A stretch of 64,000 nucleotides of DNA from Thermoanaerobaculia bacterium (lineage in GTDB: Bacteria > Acidobacteriota > Thermoanaerobaculia > UBA5066), in contig CAWFJJ010000030.1 of NCBI GenBank assembly GCA_963816185.1, positions 160,001-224,000 on the forward strand. Reading direction: 5' to 3'. Positions 49,969-58,711 of this stretch are shown piece after piece. Each line of letters starts with the position of its first letter. Positions within the stretch are counted from its first letter, which is position 1. A program made the translations under genes and the position numbers. Under the pieces are notes generated by a model. The model was given only the letters and a program-made list of their open reading frames with translations. It was not told the origin of the DNA and made no database searches.

Positions 49969-51370
49969 GATCGACCTCCGTGGAGACGACCCGTGCCCGC
50001 AGGCGGCCGCGCGCAAGGCGGACTCCGAGGCCGTCTCCCGCCGCGACGCGGGCTGCGTCCGTCAAGGGCGCCGACTCTCCCTCTCGCGTGACGACCGCGT
50101 AGCCGCGCGCGAGCACGCGCAACGGGCTCAGCGCCTCGAGCCGCCCCGCGGCTATCGAAAGCCCCTCGTTCGCGGCCGCGACTCGCGCGGTCATCCGGTC
50201 GGCCGCGGCGCGCTGTTCGGCGGCGACCCGGTCGAGGAGGAACGGGAACGCAGCGCGGTCGACCCAGGCCCGCACGCTCTGTTCGTGCCGCGAGACACGG
50301 GAGAGAAGAGAGGAGGGGATTCTTTGAAAGGAAGAGAAGAGGGCGCGCGCCGCGGCGCGCGAATCGAGCCCGGCCTGGCGAACCGACGCTCGAAACTGCG
50401 TCAGGACCGGCGCCGAGACGAGAGAGGCGACGCGGTGCGCCGCCCGGTCCATCTTCCCTTTCAAAGAAATCCTCAAATCTCTCTCCCCGCGGGAGAGGCG
50501 TTCCTCGAAGAGGTCCAGCCGCTCGACGACGAGCTCCGCCGCCTGCGAGGGCGTGGCCGCGCGGAGGTCGGCCGCAAGGTCGGTGAGCGTGATGTCGACT
50601 TCGTGCCCGACCGCCGAGACCACCGGTACCCGAGAGGCGGCCACGGCCCGGACGACCGCCTCGTCGTTGAACGCCGCGAGGTCCTCCTTCGAGCCACCGC
50701 CCCGCGCGACGATGAGGACGTCCGCGGATCCCTCCACGCGGGAAAAAGCCCGCAAGGCGCGCACGATCTCCCACGCCGCCGTCGCGCCCTGGACAGACGC
50801 CGGGTAGAGCGTCACGTGGGCGTTCGGAAAGCGCGCGCCGAGCACCTTGAGGATGTCCCGGAGAGCGGCCCCGTCCCGGGAGGTCACGACGCCGATGCGT
50901 CGCGGGAGGAGCGGGAGCGGGCGCTTCTTCGCGGGATCGAAGAGGCCCTCGGCCTGGAGGCGCGCCTTGAGCTGCTCGAACGCGAGCTGGAGGGCGCCGA
51001 TGCCCGAGGGTTGGAGGTCGGAGACGACGAGAGAGAGCTTGCCGGACGAGGCGTACACATCCGGGTAGCCTCTCGCGAGGACGAGAAGTCCTTCTTCTGC
51101 CTCGAAGGGAAGACGGACGACGGTGCTCCGCCACATCACGCAAGGCATCGCCGCCCGCTCATCCTTCAAAGAAAAATAAAGATGGCCGGAGCCGGGGCGC
51201 CGCAAGTCGGCGATCTCACCCTTCACCCATACGTCCGGAATCCCACCCTTGAGGATCCCGTTCAACCGCTCGACGAGCTCCGACACCGTCATCGCAGTCG
51301 CGTCCGGTCCTCCGTCGAGACCCGCGTCCCCGAGGGACATCTGCGTCTCGGCGACGCGATGCGTTGTCAT
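49961..51370 (-). CDS. xseA: Exodeoxyribonuclease VII large subunit
   Basis: VWVKGEI, SGHLYFSLKD, IGVVTS, ARGGGS.EDL..FNDE, VGHEVD, LSP..VLARGY. Confidence 0.93.
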   Translation of the reverse strand: MTTHRVAETQMSLGDAGLDGGPDATAMTVSELVERLNGILKGGIPDVWVKGEIADLRRPGSGHLYFSLKDERAAMPCVMWRSTVVRLPFEAEEGLLVLARGYPDVYASSGKLSLVVSDLQPSGIGALQLAFEQLKARLQAEGLFDPAKKRPLPLLPRRIGVVTSRDGAALRDILKVLGARFPNAHVTLYPASVQGATAAWEIVRALRAFSRVEGSADVLIVARGGGSKEDLAAFNDEAVVRAVAASRVPVVSAVGHEVDITLTDLAADLRAATPSQAAELVVERLDLFEERLSRGERDLRISLKGKMDRAAHRVASLVSAPVLTQFRASVRQAGLDSRAAARALFSSFQRIPSSLLSRVSRHEQSVRAWVDRAAFPFLLDRVAAEQRAAADRMTARVAAANEGLSIAAGRLEALSPLRVLARGYAVVTREGESAPLTDAARVAAGDGLGVRLARGRLRARVVSTEVDHE

Positions 51371-51422
51371 GCGGCGGAGAAAGTACCCGCGGCCCGGGAT
51401 GCGGCTCGACATCGTCTTGATT

Positions 51423-52577
51423 CTAGTCGGCGGGGCGGCTTGCCCGGGCAGCCGCGAAAGGGAGAGTCGCGACGACGAGCGTCGCCATGAGAACCTCGAC
51501 GTCGCCGAAGTTGTACTCGAACATCCCCGCCGCGAAGAGCGCCGCCATCGCGCCGACCGCTCCGAGGGTGACGCCCCGGAGCGGATGCCCGCGGGGCAGG
51601 GCGCGGATCCGGCGAAAGGCGGCGGTGAAGAACGCCCCCACGAACCACAGATAGGCGAGGGCCGAGGGGATTCCCGTCTCGGCCGCGATCATGACGAGGT
51701 TGTTGTGGAGGTGACCCGGGTGCGGTTCGACCCATCCGGGGACCCGGTAGGCGGAATAGAGACCCCTCACGCGCCCGGGGCCGACCCCGAACAGCGGCCG
51801 TTCGGCGATCATGGCGCCCCCTGCCTTCCACATCGCGATGCGGTCGTTCATCGTGACGTCTTTCGGGTTCGTAACGGACATGAGGCGGTCGCGCACGGCG
51901 AGCGGCATGAGGATGACGAACAGCGCGACCGCGAACGGCGCAGCGAGCGCGAGGCGCGGACGTGCCGCGAGAAGCACGACAAGAAGTCCGACCGCGAGGC
52001 CCAGGTAGGCGCCGCGTGTCAGCGTGAGGGCCGTCGCGAGGATGCCCGCGAGCGCGATCGTGACGTCAGCCCAGCGGGCGCCGCGAGACCCTCCCGAGAT
52101 GCCCCGCGCGCCGAGGAGCGGCACGAGCACGAGGAGGAGGCCCGCGTACGTCATGTAGACCGATAGCCCTCCTGCGATCCGGAAATCGAGGCTCGGCGAA
52201 TCCGAGATCCACTCGACGAGCCCGCGCAGGACGAGGTAGAGCGCGGTGATCCGCCAGGCGTCCACGACGAGCTTCACGTCCGCCATGTCGTCGAAAAGGG
52301 CGGCTACGAAGACGACCAGGAGAAACGTCCCGAAGCCCTTGATCTGGATGAGCGACCGCGAGGGAAGCGTCGAGAAGAGGCAGGAGACCACCGAGAGAAG
52401 AACGAACGCGCCGATGGGCGCATGGAGGGGAGTCGTGCGGCGGAAAGGCCCGAGAAAATCCTCGCCACGCGCGCGCGCCGACAGGCGCCACACGATCGTG
52501 CATGCGAGAGTCAGTACGAGGCAGACGTTGGCGACACCGATCCCGGGGACGCATCCGACTCCGAGGAGGAAGAACAC
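51423..52577 (-). CDS. O-antigen ligase family membrane protein (true start probably ~52650)
   Basis: TLTRGAYLG, R..MWK.G..MI.ERPLFGVG, HLHNN...AETG. Confidence 0.85.
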   Translation of the reverse strand: MFFLLGVGCVPGIGVANVCLVLTLACTIVWRLSARARGEDFLGPFRRTTPLHAPIGAFVLLSVVSCLFSTLPSRSLIQIKGFGTFLLVVFVAALFDDMADVKLVVDAWRITALYLVLRGLVEWISDSPSLDFRIAGGLSVYMTYAGLLLVLVPLLGARGISGGSRGARWADVTIALAGILATALTLTRGAYLGLAVGLLVVLLAARPRLALAAPFAVALFVILMPLAVRDRLMSVTNPKDVTMNDRIAMWKAGGAMIAERPLFGVGPGRVRGLYSAYRVPGWVEPHPGHLHNNLVMIAAETGIPSALAYLWFVGAFFTAAFRRIRALPRGHPLRGVTLGAVGAMAALFAAGMFEYNFGDVEVLMATLVVATLPFAAARASRPAD

Positions 52578-52641
52578 GAACGTCGCGCGTTCCCACCCGC
52601 TTCGGCGTGCGATCGGTTCGGGAAAGAGCCTCAGGAAAGGA

Positions 52642-52899
52642 TCAGGCCATCCGGGCGTCGGCCGGAAGAGCCTCCTCGACGAGCATCACGGGGATGTCGG
52701 AGACGATCGGATAGACGCGTCCGCAGGCCGCGCACGAAAGCCCCTCGGTCACGACGGGCTCCTCGTCCTTCAGGCTCTCGCGGTATTTTTCGACCACGCT
52801 TTTCGCGACCTCCGCTTTCAGGAGGCAGAGCGTCACGGGGGGACGCGCGTCGCAGGCGGGACACGCGAGGATGTCGAGAAGCTCCTTGTCGACGGCCAT
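52642..52899 (-). CDS. Trm112-family protein
   Basis: LLDILACPAC...CAACGRVYPIVSDIPVMLVEEA. Confidence 0.88.
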   Translation of the reverse strand: MAVDKELLDILACPACDARPPVTLCLLKAEVAKSVVEKYRESLKDEEPVVTEGLSCAACGRVYPIVSDIPVMLVEEALPADARMA

Positions 52900-52938
52900 G
52901 GCGCGATCCTAGCAGGGTTCCAACGCGTGGCGCACGAC

Positions 52939-53730
52939 TCAGCTAGCGACCCTCTCCTGGATCGGCGTGATCGCGCGGGCTTTCCCCGTTGTCTCGTCCA
53001 CGTCCACGATCGCGCCGCACATGCGGACGTCGCGCGTGGCCGTCTCCATCGAGCGCGGCGTCTGGTAGAGGAATTTCTCGAGGATGGCCTTCGGGTCGAA
53101 GCCGATGATCCCCTCGTACGCGCCCGTCATGCCCGCGTCCCCCTGGTAGGCCGTTCCTTTGGGCAGAAGGCGCGCGTCCGCGGTCGGGACGTGCGTGTGC
53201 GTGCCGATGACGAGCGACGCCCGGCCGTCGAACCACCAGCCGACGGCCTGCTTCTCGGACGTCGCCTCCGCGTGGATGTCGATCACGACGACCTTCATCT
53301 CGGGGCGTTTCGCGCGCATCTCCGCGAGCGCCTGATCGCCTACACGGAACGGGGAGTCCGTGTTCGCCATGAACACCTGCCCCTGCAGGTTCAGAACGCC
53401 CACCGGAATCCCCGACGGAGTGTCCTGGACGGCCCACCCGCGGCCCGGGTTGCCGGGGGGGTAGTTCGCGGGCCGAAGCAGGTTCTCGAGGTCCGAGAGG
53501 AGCGGCACGAATTCCTTCTTATCCCAGATGTGGTTGCCCGACGTGAACACGTCGATCGGGAACTTCGTCATCTCGGCGAAGAGCTCGGCCGTCACGCCGA
53601 AGCCCCCGGCCGCGTTCTCGATGTTCACGATCGTGAAGTCGATGCGCTCCCGCCCGATGACCTTCTCGAGGAGAGTCAGCGCCTTACGTCCGGGCTTCCC
53701 CACCACATCGCCAATGAAGAGAAGTTTCAA
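52939..53730 (-). CDS. ymdB: YmdB/TIGR00282-family metallophosphoesterase
   Basis: LFIGDVVGKPG, N.ENAAGGFG, TSGNH, DIHAEATSEK, GTHTHV; downstream of rny. Confidence 0.92.
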   Translation of the reverse strand: MKLLFIGDVVGKPGRKALTLLEKVIGRERIDFTIVNIENAAGGFGVTAELFAEMTKFPIDVFTSGNHIWDKKEFVPLLSDLENLLRPANYPPGNPGRGWAVQDTPSGIPVGVLNLQGQVFMANTDSPFRVGDQALAEMRAKRPEMKVVVIDIHAEATSEKQAVGWWFDGRASLVIGTHTHVPTADARLLPKGTAYQGDAGMTGAYEGIIGFDPKAILEKFLYQTPRSMETATRDVRMCGAIVDVDETTGKARAITPIQERVAS

Positions 53731-53748
53731 GAGAGATTTGCTCCCGAC

Positions 53749-53880
53749 CGCACGTGCAGGTGTTGGCGCATTTGGGGAACGGTCTGCAAAGTTTCTTTGA
53801 AGGGGAAATTTCCGCCCACGCGCGCGTGCAGGCGCCGAAGCACCCGGGGAGGGATCTGCAAAGTTTCTTCGAAGGGTGAA
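53749..53880. repeat. Two-unit direct repeat, 72-bp period
   Basis: cgcacgtgcagg..tctgcaaagtttctttgaagggg (53749) vs cgcgcgtgcagg..tctgcaaagtttcttcgaagggt (53821). Confidence 0.75.
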
Positions 53881-53970
53881 TGAGCGCGGGACGCACGAGT
53901 CACCGCTGCGGCGCTACGGTTTGGTGCGGCCCCTCTCACCCTTCTAAGAAAATATTCTCTCTGTCTTTCT

Positions 53971-55572
53971 TTATTTAGCAAAATCAACTGCTCTCGTCTC
54001 CCGAATGACCGTTATCTTTATTTGGCCTGGGTATTGGAGCTCGGCCTCGATGCGCTTGGCGAGGTCCTTCGACATCCAGAGGCACTCGTCGTCCGTGACC
54101 TTCTTCGCATCCACGATGACGCGCAGCTCGCGGCCGGCCTGGATCGCGAACGTGCGCTCGACGCCTTTCATGCCTTCCGTCATCTTCTCGAGCTTCTCGA
54201 GGCGCTTGACGTAGGTCTCGAGGATCTCGCGGCGCGCTCCCGGTCGCGCGGCCGAGATCGCGTCGGCGGCGTTCACGAGGACCGCTTCGATCGTGCGCGG
54301 CTCGTAGTCGCCATGGTGGCACTCCATGCCGTGGATGACCGACTCGGTCTCGCCGTACTTCTTGAGGATCTGCCGGCCGAGCTCGAGGTGGGTGCCCTCC
54401 TGCTCGCGGTCGATCGCCTTGCCGATGTCGTGCAGGAGCCCGGCGCGTTTGGCCACCGTGACGTCTGCCCCGAGCTCGCTCGCGAGGTGGCACGCGGCCC
54501 ATCCGACTTCCTTGCTGTGCTGCAGGACGCTCTGGCCGTAGCTCGTGCGGTACTTCAGGCGCCCGAGCAGCTTGACGACCTCCGGGTGGAGGTCGGCGAT
54601 TCCGAACTCGAACGCCGCCGCTTCCCCGGTGGTCTTGACGTCGAGCCAGAGCTCCTCGCGGACCTTCTCGACGACCTCTTCGATGCGGGCCGGGTGGATG
54701 CGCCCGTCCTGGATGAGGCGCTCGAGCGCGCGCCGCGCGACTTCGCGGCGGATCGGGTCGAACGACGAGAGAAGGATGGCTTCGGGCGTGTCGTCGATGA
54801 TGATGTCGACTCCCGTCGCGGCTTCGACGGCCCGGATGTTCCGGCCCTCGCGGCCGATGATGCGGCCCTTCATGTCGTCTGACGGAAGGTCGAGGACCGA
54901 CACGGTCGTCTCGACGACGTGCTCGGACGCCATGCGTTGAATCGTCATCGAAAGGAGGCGCTTCGCCTTCCAGTTCGCGCTCTCGACGGCATCCTCTTCA
55001 ATCCGGCGAACGAGCCCGGTCGCCTCGAGGCGTGCCTCGTTCTCGAGCTCGCGGATGAGGTCCCGTTTGGCTTGGTCGGCGGTCAGACCCGCGATCTTCT
55101 CGAGCTTCTCGCGCTGCTCGAGCACGATCTCCCCGGCCTTCTTCTGCGCTTCGGCCTCGATCTCCTCGATCCGCTTCTCGCGCTTCGTGAGGTTCTGCGC
55201 GCGGTTCTCGGAATCCAGCTCGCGCTTCTCGGCGGCGACGATCTTCTTGTCGAGGGTCTCTTCCTTCAGAAGGAGGCGCTTTTCCTGGTCCAGCAGCTCG
55301 GCCCGCCTCTTGGCGGCCTCCTGCTCGGCGGCCTCGCGGGCCTTGAGCGCCCGCTCCTTCGCGTCGAGCTCGGTCTTCTGGGCGGTGGCCTCGGCGCGCC
55401 GGACGGCGGACTCGGCGGCGAGCTTCGCCTCCTCGAGCTTCTTGCGAGCCTCGAGCTCGGCCTCGGCCTTCGCAATGGAGGCCGTTCCCCGGGTCCTCAG
55501 AGCCCAGATGAGGACGCCGATGGCGAAGACCGCGAGCGCGGCCTCGACGGCGATGACTTGAAATGGGTTCAC
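53971..55572 (-). CDS. rny: Ribonuclease Y
   Basis: N-terminal TM, coiled coil, KH MKGRIIGREGRNIR, HD LLHDIGK, SAARPGAR, IQAGRE. Confidence 0.96.
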   Translation of the reverse strand: MNPFQVIAVEAALAVFAIGVLIWALRTRGTASIAKAEAELEARKKLEEAKLAAESAVRRAEATAQKTELDAKERALKAREAAEQEAAKRRAELLDQEKRLLLKEETLDKKIVAAEKRELDSENRAQNLTKREKRIEEIEAEAQKKAGEIVLEQREKLEKIAGLTADQAKRDLIRELENEARLEATGLVRRIEEDAVESANWKAKRLLSMTIQRMASEHVVETTVSVLDLPSDDMKGRIIGREGRNIRAVEAATGVDIIIDDTPEAILLSSFDPIRREVARRALERLIQDGRIHPARIEEVVEKVREELWLDVKTTGEAAAFEFGIADLHPEVVKLLGRLKYRTSYGQSVLQHSKEVGWAACHLASELGADVTVAKRAGLLHDIGKAIDREQEGTHLELGRQILKKYGETESVIHGMECHHGDYEPRTIEAVLVNAADAISAARPGARREILETYVKRLEKLEKMTEGMKGVERTFAIQAGRELRVIVDAKKVTDDECLWMSKDLAKRIEAELQYPGQIKITVIRETRAVDFAK

Positions 55573-55671
55573 GGGTCGGTCCCCCTCGATCGAACGTTCG
55601 TTCGAGGGTGATCCGGATCGAAGCTAGACGCGATCCCGAAAGCGTCTCCTCGGATGGGCGCGATAAAGGCG

Positions 55672-55846
55672 CCCCACCTCGGCCGTGTGGGGTTTGTCGA
55701 TTGAACCCGTCGTAAGACAGGGGGAGCCCACGGGGCAGACCATTAGTTCCCCCGAAGGGGCGTCACAGGACGGCCCGGATGCGCTGGCTCCACGATTGAA
55801 ATATCGGTTCAAGGACATATCCCATTCACGCACCGCGCAGGGTGCC
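55672..55846 (-). ncRNA. ssrS: 6S RNA
   Basis: Between zapA and rny; long imperfect hairpin with TTGAACC/GGTTCAA and GGAGCC/GGCTCC pairings around a central bubble; ends approximate. Confidence 0.8.
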
Positions 55847-56185
55847 GATCGATTCGCTGCCGGCCCTCGCCGGAATGGCCCGGGAAGACGTCTTCAGGAT
55901 CTCGTCGAGTTTTTCGACGAGACGGGTGGCGTGTTTCGCGACCCGCCCCGGATCACCCTCGGAGCCTGACTTGGAACGGTACTGGTAGAACTCGTCGGAG
56001 ATGTTGAGCGCCGTGAGGATGGCGATCTTCGCGGCGTCGACCGTCGGCGCATGCTCGGAGACCTCGCGCATCTTCTGGTCCACGAAGCTCGCGAGCTCCT
56101 TGATGTACGCGGCGTCTCCCGCGGCCCGGACGGAGTACGTCTGACCGAAGATTTCCACCTGCGTGACGGACGGTTTGGGCGCCAT
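55826..56185 (-). CDS. zapA: Cell division protein ZapA
   Basis: VEIFGQTYSV..YIKELA.FVDQKM..KIAILTALNISDE. Confidence 0.9.
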   Translation of the reverse strand: MAPKPSVTQVEIFGQTYSVRAAGDAAYIKELASFVDQKMREVSEHAPTVDAAKIAILTALNISDEFYQYRSKSGSEGDPGRVAKHATRLVEKLDEILKTSSRAIPARAGSESIGTLRGA

Positions 56186-56237
56186 TTTTTTCGTCGCGGC
56201 GTAAGGTTCGCGCCGCGACGAAGGATAGCACGCGGCC

Positions 56238-56540
56238 TCAGGCGCGACGGGCCGGTACGTTCGTCTCTTCGAGCGTTTTCAGGAGGCGCTCGATCCGCGC
56301 TCGGACGGCCGTGCGCTCGGCCTCGTGGCGCGCGAGCGCGGCCACGGCGGCGCCGTTCTTCTCGCTCGCTTCGCGGGCCGACGCCAGCTCGGACTCGAGG
56401 CGCGCATTCTCGCGGGAGAGGCCGTTCATGACGTCCACGAGCGATTCGAGCCGCGACTCGATCGCATCGAGCACGCCCTCGAGGGTCGCGTCTCCCGCCG
56501 ATTCCACCTTGGTTTCGCTCCGGCCCTTCGCTTCCTTCAC
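56238..56540 (-). CDS. ZapB-like coiled-coil protein
   Basis: Heptad coiled coil ending VRARIERLLKTLE; between pheT and zapA. Confidence 0.7.
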   Translation of the reverse strand: MKEAKGRSETKVESAGDATLEGVLDAIESRLESLVDVMNGLSRENARLESELASAREASEKNGAAVAALARHEAERTAVRARIERLLKTLEETNVPARRA

Positions 56541-56555
56541 GTCGTCCTCCTCACG

Positions 56556-58703
56556 TTACGTTGCCGGCGGCACGCCGTCCACCGCGGCGCCGCTCAGCGC
56601 CAGAAGGCGCCGGGCCGCCGCGTCTCGCCATGCGTTCACGTCCTCGCGGGCGAGAGAACGCAGCGGCGAGCCGAACCGCAGGGTCAACGTCGTCTTCACG
56701 AATCCTTCTCTGACGCCCGGGCCACGGTAGCGTCCTTTCGCCTCCACGGCCACGAGCTCGGCGGGCGCGCCCGCACGCACGGCCTCCTCGAGCGTCTTCC
56801 ACGCGGTCGAGAGCGGATGGGTCACGGTGAGATCCACGTCGCTGCCGGGAAAACGAGGCGGCGGCTCGACGGACGTCTCGGCAGGCGGCAGCACGGCCGC
56901 GAGGACGCCGACGTCGAGGTCGGCGACGACGGGGTCCGTCAGGTCCCAGGAAGCGGCGAGTGAGGGCTCGAGGACGCCGACCCATCCGGCGATCAGGCCC
57001 CCTACGCTCACGTGAGCTGATCTTCCAGCCGCCAGGAACGAAGAGAACGAAAGATCTTCTTTGAAGGTAATAGGGGCACGGGGCTCACCCAAGCCCAGCC
57101 CCCTCATGAGGGCTTCTGCGATTCCCGCCCCTTCGAAGAAATCCGAATTCGCCGTCTCCGTCTGCGACCAGTGGCGGCTTCTTGCGCCGGCGAGGAGGAT
57201 CCCGACTCTCGTTCTCTCGATGACTCTCTCGTCTCCGGGCTTTTCTTCAGCAGAAATCTTCTCTCTCTTCTCCGGATTCCATCCGAAGCTCGTGCCGACC
57301 TCGAAGAGGGCGAGGTCTTTCTGGCCGCGCCGCACGTTGTGCCGCGCGCTCTGCAGGAGCCCGATCACGGGTGTCGCGCGCATCGTCGTGAACGGCTCGC
57401 CGAGAGCGTTCTCGATGAGGACCGGCGGTCCCGGCGCGGCCGATGCGAACGGGGCGTTCTCGGCTTCCGAGACGAACGAGTACGTCGCGCACTCGAGGAG
57501 TCCGAAGCCGGCGAGAAGATCGCGCGCGTGATCCTCGACGAGAGCCGGGGACCGCGCGGGCGCGTACGGACGCGGCAGCGTCTCCGGCAGCCGGTCGTAG
57601 CCCTCGCATCGGATGACCTCCTCGATGAGGTCCTCCTCACCCGCGATGTCGACGCGCCAGGAGGGCACCGTCACGCGCAGCGTCTCGCCTTCCATGACCG
57701 GAGAGAACCCGAGGGCGGAGAGGATCTCCACGCTGCGCGCGGCCGGGATGTCCATTCCGAGGAACGCCGCGAGACGCCCGAGCCGGAGCGTGAGCGTTCG
57801 ACGCGCATGCGGGCTCGCCCGCCGCTCGCGGACGTCGATCGTGCCCCGGCACAGCGTGCCGCCGCAAGCCACGAGAATGAGGCGCGCGGCCCGGTCCAGC
57901 CCGTCGCGCGTCGCCTCGGGATCGGTTCCCCGCTCGAAGAGATGCGACGCATCCGTGTGCAGGCCGAGCGAGCGTGACGTCCTGCGCACCGCGCGCGGGT
58001 CGAAATGCGCCCCCTCGAGGAGGATGCGGGTCGTCTTCTCCGTGATCGCCGTCGCCAGCCCGCCCATGACTCCCGCGAGTGCGACGGGCTTCTCGGCGTC
58101 CGCGATCACGAGGTGCTGGGGGGTGAGCGTTCGCGTGACGCCGTCGAGCGTCACGAGAGTCTCCCCCGCCCGGGCGCGCCGTACGATGATCGTCGGAAAG
58201 CCGTCGACGCTCTTCGCGAGGGTGTCGAGATCGAACGCGTGGAGCGGCTGGCCGATGTCCCAGAGGACGTGGTTCGTCGCGTCCACCGGCGCGGAGATCG
58301 TGCCGGCGCCGATGGCTTGAAGGCGCTTCCGGACGGCGCTCGTCGTCGAGCCCGAGTGGGCTCCCTCGAGGACGCGCGCGGAATACCGCGAGCAGAGCTC
58401 CGGCTCCTCGACGTAAACGCGCGCCCTCATGTCGGCGGTCGTGCCGCTTTCCTGCAAAGGAGGACCGACCTCGGGCTCCGCGAACTTCCGCCCGAGCGCC
58501 AGGGCCGCTTCGCGCGCGAGGCCTCTGTGGCTCATCCCGTCCGGCCGGTTCGCCGTGATCTCGACGTCGTACAGGGTGTCCCCGCCCGACCCTTCGACGC
58601 CCTCGACGATGAACCCCACCGCCGTCAGGCGCTCGCCGAGCGCTTTCGGGTCCGGCGCGGGGCCGGGCAGGTAGGACGCGATCCATTCGTAGGAGAACTT
58701 CAT
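56556..58703 (-). CDS. pheT: Phenylalanine-tRNA ligase beta subunit (short form without the B2 OB domain)
   Basis: MKFSYEWI, ITANRPD, GQPLHAFD, AGVMGG, FERG, PSWRVDI..EEDLIEE. Confidence 0.93.
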   Translation of the reverse strand: MKFSYEWIASYLPGPAPDPKALGERLTAVGFIVEGVEGSGGDTLYDVEITANRPDGMSHRGLAREAALALGRKFAEPEVGPPLQESGTTADMRARVYVEEPELCSRYSARVLEGAHSGSTTSAVRKRLQAIGAGTISAPVDATNHVLWDIGQPLHAFDLDTLAKSVDGFPTIIVRRARAGETLVTLDGVTRTLTPQHLVIADAEKPVALAGVMGGLATAITEKTTRILLEGAHFDPRAVRRTSRSLGLHTDASHLFERGTDPEATRDGLDRAARLILVACGGTLCRGTIDVRERRASPHARRTLTLRLGRLAAFLGMDIPAARSVEILSALGFSPVMEGETLRVTVPSWRVDIAGEEDLIEEVIRCEGYDRLPETLPRPYAPARSPALVEDHARDLLAGFGLLECATYSFVSEAENAPFASAAPGPPVLIENALGEPFTTMRATPVIGLLQSARHNVRRGQKDLALFEVGTSFGWNPEKREKISAEEKPGDERVIERTRVGILLAGARSRHWSQTETANSDFFEGAGIAEALMRGLGLGEPRAPITFKEDLSFSSFLAAGRSAHVSVGGLIAGWVGVLEPSLAASWDLTDPVVADLDVGVLAAVLPPAETSVEPPPRFPGSDVDLTVTHPLSTAWKTLEEAVRAGAPAELVAVEAKGRYRGPGVREGFVKTTLTLRFGSPLRSLAREDVNAWRDAAARRLLALSGAAVDGVPPAT
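57040..57144. repeat. Inverted pair of the dispersed CCTTCNAAGAAATC motif inside pheT
   Basis: gaaagatcttctttgaagg (core 57057) and cccttcgaagaaatcc (core 57132), cores 75 bp apart. Confidence 0.6.
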
Positions 58704-58711
58704 CCGGGGCC

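Noticed and set aside
53749-53970. Possible mini CRISPR array
   Set aside because: Only two units, the inter-repeat parts are similar to each other, and no cas genes are in the window.
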